A stretch of DNA of 63,945 bases, filler included, from Lenisia limosa (taxonomy: Eukaryota > Protista > Breviatea), in assembly GCA_001655205.1 (NCBI GenBank). It is 15 parts of 15 records of this genome, joined end to end, with 100 filler letters (N's around TTAATTAATTAA, not from the genome) between each part and the next. Parts side by side here need not be neighbours in the genome. Positions count along the whole stretch, not along the records: positions 9,943 to 32,227 come from LPNZ01002008.1; 14 more parts are not named here. One strand, given 5' to 3'. The position numbers and the translations under genes are program-made. Positions 11,957 to 23,800 of this stretch are shown here, piece by piece (position 1 is the first letter of the stretch; every line of letters starts with the position of its first letter). The notes beneath the pieces are model-generated. The model was not told the DNA's origin. It searched no databases and was given only the letters and a program-made list of their open reading frames with translations.

Positions 11957-14900
11957 AATTTGACGAGAAACTGTTTCCACGTGAGGGTTTGAACTTCAGC
12001 TCCTACCCTAGGGAAAGACCCAATTTAGACTGCCGTTGCAATCGGTTGTTCCGTGCTCTGTCTTCTGAACTGCTTAGACTGAGGTTCTGGTAAGGGGTGT
12101 GCTTTAGATTTGAACTACAGATTTGCACCAATCTATACGAACAGTAAACTTGGAGATTAAACTGATTATATCCTTCGAGTTTAATTAATTAATTATTGAC
12201 AAAATTTGAAATGAAAGTGTCTGAAATGGGGATCCCATGACAACACACTGATTATATCCTATAATTATCCAAGAGACCATCAGCTTCTAGTCTTGAAAGC
12301 TACATTAGAAGGCACTTGTTGTTTTCCAGAGAGGTAATCGAAAGGAGCAATGATATACACACTATACATTATTGGCCCGTTCTGGTTTGTTTGCTCTGAT
12401 CTGAGCTGTTGAACGGACACCTGGGCATCACGTAAGTGGGATTGATATATATATATATATGGATTGTGTATCATTTAAGCGTTTCTGCTTTACTCTTTTT
12501 TTTTGAATGAAATATAAGAGGGTTTGGTCCCCATCCCTCTGACCTATGATTGATCGCTTCACCAGTCTTTTTTTTTTTTTGATATTATGTACCAGAGATT
12601 GCTTCATTCTTCTGCAATATATTTGTGCCAATAAGCTTTTTTACGTGATGGTGTGGATGGCTTTAATCCTTTATGGCCTTACTTTTACATATTAAGAGAA
12701 TAACTTTCCCAGTTTGTAAACTATGAGCGAACCTTGACATCGAACGAAGCGGTTTCAAGGTTTGGAGGGACAAGGATCTGATAAATCTTCGAAAACTATC
12801 GATATTTCACAGTGGTTTTTTGAACCGAAGTGAAGCCCTATTTGTGGGGTCCAGTTTGCACTTTGGTCCACAAAGAAAATTGAAATCTTCGATAAATCCT
12901 CGAATACTATTGATCTTTTTCGGGCTAAAGTGAAGCCCTAATCTTGCATTATTGAAGCTGTCTTCAGCATCTTTGTTTTTATCTTGAAGATTGCTTACAA
13001 TCTAACACGCAACAGGCTGGAGTTGACTAAGGAACAACCGCTCTTCCAAACGGCTTCTAATGGTAGGTGTTTATGTTGATTGCCTTCTGGACCATGTACT
13101 TTTGGACTATCACTGCCTCTTATCAATTCACACTACATTTCCATGGAGCTTCACTATCGGTTGCAAATAGACTTAATTCTTGATAAATCTTCAAAAAACA
13201 TCGAAATTTTTTATGGTTTTTGGATCTTAAAATGAAACCAATGTGCACAGTGACTTATTAACCTATTTATCTTGAGAAATAACAGTGCAAATCGGTCAAC
13301 ATTTATCCCGGTCACTGTATATTTCCACAGTATTTCCACATTCCATCAGTAATTTGTTGAAAGCGAAATGATTTTCTCTTGATTTTGTTTCACGCTTCAA
13401 GTCCTCTCGCCTGGATTACCGAGCAAGGCCGTTGCTGTCAAATTATTCGAACAAGACCCCAGGTTGGAGACCCTATTATTCGACCTCGGGCCTATCCTAC
13501 TGCATTTTCGGTCTAAAAATGGCGACATTGATCGAAGACTTATCCAGGATTCAGTCTTAAAATATCGATAGTTATCCAGTTTTCGAACCAAAGTGAAGCC
13601 CTAGGTACAGTATTTTTTATTTGAATTGAGTAAACTTGGCTTGGAACATATCATTTTCTTCCTCTTGCCCCACTTAGCACTTTTTGGTTCATTTTCACAC
13701 GTGTGAATTCATTTTACATGCCGTGGTACCCCTTATCCTCTCGTGTGATAATTGCCAGACAATTCTCAGCGATAATATGCGTTCATCATTTTTCACTGAT
13801 ACAATAGCAACGCCTAACCAGTCGGTACATCACTATGCGGACCTTGTCAACGCCAGTTCTCATAGTGACCAAGCAAGCTATTCGCCGCAAATATCCGACA
13901 GGAGAACTGCGCTGCCTTCGAGGAGGAGGTCGATCTCCCCGTCTCCAGTCTTGCCTAATAGGGTACCTCCTTCGCCAACCCCCATTACGCCCAGTAGGCT
14001 TACTTTTGTTTGTCAATTTCTTGTTGAGATTATTTGTATAATAATAAGGATTCACTTTTCGTTCCACAAAGACTGGATTCCCGATAAATCCCCGATAAAC
14101 ATCGATAGTTAGGTCTTTTGGAACCGAGTGTAAAGCTCTGGTTCAAACTATGTCGTATTATTCAAGCTAATCATTATCATTTCACCCAATCATCATCGTT
14201 TCAATCAACCAAATCATAATCTTTTCAGGATATCCAAGCCAGCCCTCCAGCCGTTCCGCTTCCACTCCCCGCCAGCGCATTACCAACAACAGCACTTCTC
14301 CAATTAGCCTGCATCGGCAAAATGAGACCTATTCTTTAACCAGATCTTCGAGGCAATCAACTGTGTCTCCAAGTCACTCAAACACATACCCTTCCTCAGC
14401 ATTGGCTCGACTGAACCCTCCGTAAGCGTCAACAATGTCTTATATCCAGGGCTTCACTCAGATCCAGAAAATGACTCGTTATATCATCGATATATTAATA
14501 TTAGTATTGTTATTTGTACTTAAGTAAAGCCCTACTTATATCTCATAGTGATAGGGCTTCACTTTCATTCCAAACAAACACGAAAGATTCATCGAAATTC
14601 ATACTTTTTTCGAACTGAAGGGAAGCTCCTGACAACTAACATTGTAAAGCAATGAGAAATAAAACAACAAGGTTGCATGGTGGAAGCATCACGCGTATAA
14701 GAAATATTGAATTATCGTATAATATTAACACACTATTATTTACCTAACAACTCTGTGCACACAGCTTTTTCCTCTTCAGCATACTTTGTTTCCCTAGGTT
14801 TCTAATACATGTCTCTTAAAAACAACATGATACTAACATTGTAGGTATAACCACCCCATTCGGTCGGAAACCACGTCACCCTCCTATGTGAAGCAAATGA

Positions 14901-17900
14901 ACGACTATTATAGTTCCTATAACAGAGAGCCAACAACAGTGGCTAAAAGCAAAGTCGCCTCCCCTAGGTGGGATGGGGTGTAACTATGACGATGGTAGTT
15001 TAAGTGTTTACTCTTTCATCAGAGTGTAACTTCACCCCCCCATTCACACCGCCGTTCATCCCGCCTGCCTTAGGTCATACTCTATTATATTGTAATATTG
15101 TTCCAACATAACATACAAATACATCTGATACTAAATCATGTTAGTTATAGTACCAATTTTTGCAGCAGACATTGGACTCTGACCGTTTAGTGTACGTGTA
15201 CCATCCCCTGCTCCTTTCAATCGAAGCCCCTCTGCCTCAGCTACAAGTTAGTTTCGTTTGCTTTTACTTTTATATTGCGTAATATGGTACAGCTTCACTT
15301 TTGGTTCCGAAAAAGACTGAATTTTCGATAAATATTGATTATCCAAATATGAAGCTCTTTGATGATGATGTCACAACGTAGGTCGATCACAGTATGCACC
15401 AAACCTGCTTCGAAAGGAGTTTGAAGAACTTTCTATTGGGGGTTCACGCGAGGGCAGGAAGGGCTTCGTTAACATTGGAAACACAGTGGGATGGGGCTGT
15501 TTTGGTATAATGTCGTTTGATTGATAGGCTGGGAGTAAGAGTGTTCCGGATCTTTATCATGACTTTATATGTTGAAGTGAAATTTTCAGATCTTTCAATG
15601 ATAACATATGATAGGTTAAAATGTTAATTAAAAGGACCAAATGGTGTTTTTCTCCGTGTTTACAATTCTAGTGCTACCTCAATAGCACGCTTCAAGCGCT
15701 AATGCACATTCCTTCACTCGTTGGGTTTTCATTCCAACTGAGCACGACGCCAACAGCCAAAAGATACCATGGCTTTGTCAAAGGTGAGTGGTAACTAGAA
15801 CCTGGTTCGAAAAAAAAGACCGAATGTCTCGATAAATTCTCGATAAATATCGTTATTTTATTGGTCTTTTTTGGACCGAAGTGAAGGCAAATGGTTTTTA
15901 TTACCATTGTGGACGGCTTGGGCCAGGTGCTGGGATATATCATTGTGTACATGGATGAAAGACAAGTAATTGGGTGAATTAGTTGTTCTATACTCAATAT
16001 CATATCCCTTATGTACGCTAATCACACAGTGTTTCTTATTCTGTTAGAATGGCAAAAATGACCTCCAGATTTTCACCGTTTACTGGCGGAAATGTGGCAA
16101 AATAGTGACACATCCGCGCATTCGGCCCCTTCATCACCTGCCAATAACCGCACTCAGTCTACGTACAGAAGCAGCAGATCAAGGTGACGGGTTAGGGCTT
16201 TATGGGAGAAAAAAAGACTGGATTTCTCGATAAATCTTTGAATATTATCGATATTCTACCGGAATTTTCGAACCTATGTGAAGCTCTAAGTATGAGATCA
16301 GGTATTGTGTACTGGGCACGTCAACGTTATTCAGTATTTACAATGTAGGGTTCACGACAGTCTACGACCGAGCACACTCAAAGCCTCTTTGTCGCATCTT
16401 CATGAGCAATTTGACGGTTAGAGGGCTTCACTTCGGTTCATAAACCGTAAATTACCCTGGATTTATTGAGTCGAACCGAAGTAAAGCCTTACCCTTCACT
16501 GATAACAGACCTCTGACTTCTTACAGACAGGTTTTTCAATCCGGTCATACTTTTTATTGCTGTTTGTACATTCTTAATTTTGACACGTACAAACTTGTCT
16601 TTCACCAGATATCTCCTTTTGTATTTCTCTTTGTATAATCTCCTCACTGTTGGTTAAACTTATGATTTAGGCTATGACCAAGAAGATGCACATGAGGCGA
16701 TGGTAGCGATTATTGATGCACTTGCTGAGGCTTGTAACTCGGTCAGTGGGAAGTGTTTAAATTGTAGTTATAATAAACTGTATATTGGACATGATTAGTA
16801 GTAAATGGTATTTTTTTGAACAGCTCTGCAAGTTGGACTACAACTCTGTCTATTGTACATGTTTAATCAGAATGCTACATGTAAATATAAGTCTATAGTA
16901 CAATTTTGAACACTCTCATATTTGTTTTGGAACAACAATCCCTTTCAAAATTAAGTACATCGGGTGAAATAAGCTTTTTCTGAACTGGTGAACCTACTAA
17001 TAATTTGCAAAAAAAAAGAATATTGACTGATCAGTAGGGCTTCACTTCGGTTCAGAACAAGACTGCATTTCTCAATATATTCTCGAAAACTGTCAATATT
17101 TTACTATTTTCTGAAGCCCTGCGGATCAGTCGCTTTTTTACAACTTATTAACGTAATGGTTTTGGTGGGCTGCGGTCAGTACCCTCGGTTTTGGGCCGTA
17201 AAATGAGACTAACAACACTATTTATTTAGGTGTCCAAATGAATTTGTTATGATGGGAATCTTAATATTTACCCCATCTAGGGATGTCGACCGAAGCATCT
17301 CACGAAGGAAGAGGAGCAAAAGAAGGATGATCGTCAGGATTTGCTTACTGATGATGATCTTCTCAAAGAAGGTGGGACTGTCTGGAAGGTTTCAAAATAC
17401 ACCACTTTTCACAGTTTTTATTTTTTGCGTATTTACATGTTTACTAGTTTGTTTTCGATTGCTATCTGTGCTTCAAAACCAATTCTCATGTATGGCACCC
17501 TCCCTCGCTAAAACAATACAATTCGCATTAAACTTGCAAAGGGTTGCTCATGTCATACAGAGCTTTCTGCATACTTTAAACGCCAAAACTCTCTCGTATC
17601 CAAGATGTTCACATCAGTGATTATGTCCACTGTGGAGTGCAAAAGATGCCGATATCGGTACGCTGTCAACCGGGGGAAATTTTTGGTAAATTCATACTAT
17701 TTTATAAAGAATTGTTGTGATGGTGGTTAGCACGTCTTTTGCCAGACATTTCCTTTTTCTTCTCATGAAAGAAACTTTTGCAAATTGATAGAGCCGCACT
17801 CCACCCCCCCCCCNNNNNNNNNNNNNNNNNNNNNNNNNNNNNNNNNNNNNNNNNNNNNNNGGCAAATTTAGAACGCCAAAAATTACAATTCCGTTTAACA

Positions 17901-19783
17901 GAGCACATTTCTTCAAGTCCCCCTCATCTTAATCAAATCGACTGTCTTCAGTCTTTTTCGCCAATCATCTCCCAAACTTACCCTTTCCCCAGATCGCGTA
18001 CTATGCAGCCTCATGCGGATATTCAGTTTTCCTTGAAAACGTGGGAATGGGATCGATCATGAATTTACAACGTCCATGTGTGGGTTAAGAGGCAAATACT
18101 AATTGTAGAAGCTATTGTTACCAGGAGGGAAGAGGGGAGACAGTGAAAACAAATGAATTGGGTGAAATTGCTGATTTTTAAGTGATATATTTGGTGTTAC
18201 AGCATGAGTAAACGAATAGAGTGGATAAAGCTTCACTTTAGATCGAAGAAAGATAACAAAATTACTCGTAAATCCTCAAAAGCAATCGATACTTCGTCTG
18301 ATTTTTCTAACTGAAGTAAAAACTCTATGCTCTTCTGACTGGTGTAGAACAGGAGAACAATCGCTGGCGGATTGCTTTTCCGATTTGGAAAACAAAGAAA
18401 CTTTATCAGGCTCAAACTCCTACCGATGCTCAAAGTGCAAGAAGGACTGTGAGGCAACTAAGGTATGGGAACTATCACTTTGATCCTAATAGATAAAACC
18501 TCTATCAATATTTTACTTATTTGTCTTTTTGGGAAGTGCCCTACAAAATATGAAGCGTGTGGATTGCTGCTATATTCAACCCAATAATAGCTTCAAGAGC
18601 TAATATACTGTCCGCGATTAATTAAAGATAGCGCAATATCCGTGTCATTATTTGTCGCCAGAATAGCTCTATATATTGCACATTAGCCCCCTAATAACCA
18701 TTTAGTCTCTCAAAGTTGTACATTGGCCAAAAGTGCTCATCATTCAATTGAAAAGGTGGGGTATGTCGAAATGCTCTGTTTTCGATATCATAAGCAGCCT
18801 TCCTTTCTTTGACTCGCGAGTGGACTTGCTTCATAATGTCACTGGGATCCCTGCGATCTTTCACTCAAAAAAAATAATACCATCTTCAAACCAACCTCAA
18901 CTCTCACACATCATCACGTTCAATATCATTAGCTACTCATGTCACACCTCATCCCTTATTTTTTACTGTTTGGATTTCATATGTTTATCTTCACCGTATC
19001 ACATTTGTCTATTTATTCATCATCCACTTATTATTAACCTGTGTTGTTTTTACGCTTTATAAGCATAGTTGATTTAGGGCTTTTTTGTTTCATAAATTTT
19101 CGTTTATCACCTCCTGATCACATTATAGATTCCATCACAGTGTTTGGAGGAGCACCAAAATTGACACACGAGTGAAGTTCACTGAGTCTTTTAGAAGAGC
19201 AAGTTTGCGGCCCTATTCATATAATCCCTCATTAAATGGACCTAATGGACATTGGAAATTATGGGGGAAGGGAGTATAGTGGGTTTGTTCGGACTTTAAC
19301 CGTAGTTTGTTGATGAAATATTTCAAATTTATATCCAGCAGAATTATTGGATTTTTCTGCATTCTTCATTAATTTTCCCACCGCCAATACAGCGACTGAA
19401 CTGAGATTTGTTGTTCTCAATCCTCGTGCGTTGTCAGCCAAATGAGTTGATTTTGGGTTTTTTTTTGTTTCACAAACATTTTCTAATCCCCGCTCCCCAG
19501 ATATGACTTATGAACTTTGTTCTGTAATTCATCATTCTGGCTCCCTCGGAGGTGGACATTACACTTGCTCAGCAAAAGTGAATAAAGACGTAGGGGGCTG
19601 GAATATTTTTGTCAGTGGAATTTTCTGTATTATCGACATCGATCACTCAATTTATTGAAGCAACTCACGATGTAGTGGTACTACTTCAATGATAACTCTG
19701 TCACCTCGTGCAATATCCCAACTTCCCACACACAGTCTGCATACCTTCTAATCTACCACCAAAAACCCCAAAGCAGGTTATAA
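11957..19783 (+). CDS. Ubiquitin-specific protease (USP, C19) with long N-terminal extension; catalytic exons 15382-19783
   Basis: Cys box GFVNIGNT-CYLNSTLQAL, YDQEDAHEAM, VEC..C, YRCSKCKK, WPKVLIIQLKRF, His box YELCSVIHHSGSLGGGHY, WYYFND, AYLLIY, stop at 19781-19783. Attachment of the exons at 11957-15240 is less certain. Confidence 0.9.
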
Positions 19784-20344
19784 TGCTTTGTCTTCGTGTT
19801 TAAGTCTAGTTATGTAACATTGAAAAGTAAGTCCGTGAGTTGAGTTGATAGAGGATTTTTTTCTGACTTTCAGTTTTTACGTTTACATGGTCTTATAAAG
19901 TATATGATATGAGATGGAGCATTCCGCTCCCGACAGTCCAGGATCCAACAATAAGCCGGTACATTGTTAAATGTTATGCTATGTGTATACTTATGGAAAT
20001 GGGGTGTTTGACCATGATGGTTTTTGACCTTTTCAATATTAATGTCAAATCTGAGATACGGTCACTTTTCTTCTTTCTTGACCTGGATGATGGAGTGATT
20101 GCGAGTGGGGTGGGGGGGGGGTATCAGTGAACAAAGCACATAGAGAGAAAAGAATTTTTCCCTCCAAAATATGAATATAATCTACCACAACAGAACGTAA
20201 AGCGACTAACAGTAGACGTGTATTAATCAGAAGAAGGTCTCTGATAAAGTCAGTTCATTTACATAAACCAACGTTGCTATAAATAAGGTATCATAATATT
20301 CTATTACCTCAATACCTCAAAATCAATGATATCATAGTACTCTA

Positions 20345-20794
20345 TTAAGGTGGTTCAGTCCTTTTTTGATTTTGGAAAAAATAATAAAAGTGGTACGGGA
20401 TAAATCCGCAGTAATTTTTTTATATGAAATTGTGTCGGGTGAAAAAACGTAAAATGCCCTTTTTCCCGACTTCCGAGGTTGTTTCAATTTTAGACGTTTT
20501 TGGGATTCCCTTTTTTTCACCTTATTGGGGTTCAAACACGATATTTGAGGAATTTGAATAATTTAAGTGACTACATACAACCAACACCTACTCATTGTCG
20601 ATATATTGGAGTATTAGCCTCATATAGCCTCGGTTAGGCACATTCTAGGCAATTTTCACCCATTTTTAGATTTTCCGTGTCTGGGCAATTTTGTACGAAA
20701 AACTACCCTGCGGAATTATCCCGAAGGCTCATTTTAACTACTTACCATAGTTTTATTATTTTTTCCAAAATTAATAAAAGGACAATCATCTTAA
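20345..20794. mobile_element. Non-autonomous TIR element (about 440 bp) flanked by TTAA, Kolobok-like
   Basis: TTAA at 20345-20348 and 20791-20794. Imperfect long TIRs (GTCCTTTT..ATTTTGGAAAAAATAATAAAA and CGGGATAA[A/T]TCCGCAG). Termini GG...TC fit the RR...YY pattern. Confidence 0.6.
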
Positions 20795-20827
20795 CACAGA
20801 AACTATATACACCAGCGCCAACATGGT

Positions 20828-23800
20828 CTACTTTCCATTGACATCTTGGTAGAAGTGAGAACCATCTTTGGCTGATACGATGGATACCACCGCTTTAGTT
20901 ACATTCTTGTTGAAGTTGTATTTACCGGTTCTTGCCAAGTTCTTACTAAATTTGTGAGAATTTTTTCGATATAGTCTCGGTAACATAGAGATTGTTGGGG
21001 TCTTTTCTCGCACCGAAAAGAAGCCCTAGATCGACCCCCCACGCAAATTCGGTAGAATAAACGGCTGTGAGTGCAGAGTAGCAATCGAGGCGATTTATTT
21101 TCACAGGGGTGCTGAATTGCTGGAAAGTTAATAATGTAAGAGAAAACAATAACAAGTGAAATGTAAACACGCAATTTCAAGTCCGGATCAATGGTCATAG
21201 TGTTCTGTTCTATGAACCCAGAAATTTTCGATTGATTTCGAGTATGTCTCAAAAATGCCTTAAACCAACAGTATCCTGGTTGTATTTGACTTTACTTGGA
21301 AGAGTCAACTCATCTTTGGCCTAAAATGTTAAGTAAATAATTGTGTCGATTATATCTGCGGTATTTATTAAGTTTAAAGGTTGGTTTTATCATATCGATA
21401 TGTATTAAGATAACTATCAATGACGAAGTGGTTGATAATAAGCGCAAACGTGCACTGGAGCGCATCGACTTGGGATTTCCTTGTATTATTGAATTTCTTG
21501 GAATTTTTATATATCATGATATGTACAGTACATATGTAAAATAGAAGAATTCCAATGTTTTTACAAGAATCTCAAGTCAATGCGCCGCAGTGATGGTATT
21601 TCAATTTAGAAAAACAGGAAGCAGTATTCCTAGTAAAGAGGTAAACGGCTAGGCACAATACATTTTGCAAATCTCACAGAAAAAACTTACATTGCGAAGA
21701 TGTTTGACTGTTGTAAGTGGGACCAATATAAACGATAAACCATTCAGAGGATTTTGGTTCTCATTGGAACACATCTGAAATGTAACAATTGGTTAACTTT
21801 ATAGAGTTGACATCATAACAATATCATGATTAACCTCTTGACCAACTTTTGCCACTAATTCTTTGAACCTTTTCTGGGGATATTTTTGGACAACACCATT
21901 GTAGGTAATAGTCTTATTCTGAAGTGTCATCAAATTTGCAGAACGGAGTAGGGCCAATAGAAAAGAATATGACCAAAGTAGGAGGGGAACGGCCGATCAT
22001 TTTTGTGTTACTAGCGAATCAATCTTGTTGTAAGTATACCTGAATATCGTGTTCTAACGCATCGTGATCGAAGACATCATCTGGCAGCATCCCTTTCAGC
22101 ACTTCAAGTAAGATAGGTCTGAGTTGTTACGTGCTTAAACTTGACAATACTATCTTGATATAAGACCTTTTTCTCAAAAGCGACACTACAGCTTTCTTAT
22201 TTTTTTATGTATGATGTGCTAATGATACTCGTATTGATAAATACGATAATAAAGACACGAAAGGAGGATAATTACCGTTTGGCGGCGCTTCGAAGGAATG
22301 CAGTGAGCGTTTCTGGGGTTGGTCGACCTGCGATAAGGTTAATTCAGAGTGGAATTTCAAACTTTTTTCATAGTTACAATCGAAACCAAAAGTTACTTTT
22401 ACTCTCGTTTTCACAATCAGAAATTACAGCATTGACAACATTTGACCATTTTTATCATTATATAGGTTGCAATTATTGGGCTCCAGTAAAACAATATTTG
22501 TAAACTATCACAATTTTTCGATTTATCAGGTAATTTTCTGGATCGGAGTACAGCCATAGCTACAATCATGTATCAAAATCATACTGTAACCTTCTTAAAA
22601 AATCCAGAAACATTACCATTGAATTTGCCAATTCTCTTCCACATAGAGTTGTAGGATGAACTCAACTGCAGACCTGGCGACTGGCTACTTTGAAGGAAGT
22701 TACTGGGACCATCTTGGACCAAATTTTGAGGAAAGTCATTTTCAGGACTTGAAAAGCGAAAAAGTGGCGTTTTTTCACTGTGTGATTTGCTCAGACTTTT
22801 TAAAGCTGAGGGGTCAATTTTCGTGCTGGACTCAGGTTTTCCCCTGATTTCTTCCTTTGACATCTGAGGGAATATGTCACGGATATATTTAGGAGCGACA
22901 GCTTCAGCTATAGACGGCCTCGATGATGATGATGCTGAATCCCTATCTGATTTTGGCATTTGAGTTTGTGATGATGCAGATGCACTCTGAGATGTTTCCT
23001 TTGAATCCGCACTTGGAGCTTGAGGAATAGAAGTTATTGCCTGCAGAGTTGGTGACTTTTTTGGAGTTATCTTTTCTTTAAGATGAAGAGCGTCGTTTTT
23101 GAGCTTTTCCTCTGGTGCTTTGCTCTGCAAACAACTTTCACATATTTTTTTTCTTTCGGGCGTGCAAATGTAGTTGAAGTTACCTTGGCACTTGATGCAG
23201 TTTGCTGTTCCAGTTTGGAAACAGTACTTTCTAGATAATGAGTTTTTGAGGTGATATGAGACCGTTTGGCTAATCAGAATCTTCAAGAACCAAAAAAAAA
23301 GCCATCTTAATTATCTAAATAGAAGTGTTTATTTGTGTTACAGTGACCAAAAAGCAATACGATAGCTCAATCCTACTCTTGAATTTTGGAGCAAGCCATA
23401 GGGTATGAAAGAATCCGACCACAGCAAGGTGCACTTGTGTACTGGAAAGAACAAGGTGATGCTTGCATCTGAAATGTTGAAATTATTAATGAAACAAACG
23501 GAAGAGAAATAATTTAGATGTACTAGGTTAAGAAGGAACAACAAACATTAAATCAACAACATCGGGTGTCACAATTTGAATACTTCCGATATTGACATGT
23601 GTGTTTACAGCAAGATAAATTAAAAAAACATTGATTTTAATAAAGTTGCAAGTGACAAAGCAAACCGAGCATGTTCGACTTTTTGAGTGTCCTCGAGAGC
23701 ATTTTTCATGAATGATACCTTGACATACCCTGTATTTACGTCATTACGATGAACTGCTAATCACATGGTATCATAAGAACTATTAGTAATCAATGACGAA

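Noticed and set aside
12181-12194. TTAATTAATTAATT as a hidden contig join
   Set aside because: No flanking Ns, and exon order continues across it; treated as a natural AT repeat.
22579-23286. Stand-alone 235-aa gene
   Set aside because: Starts at a non-ATG codon and is bounded by splice sites; better explained as an internal ZNFX1 exon.
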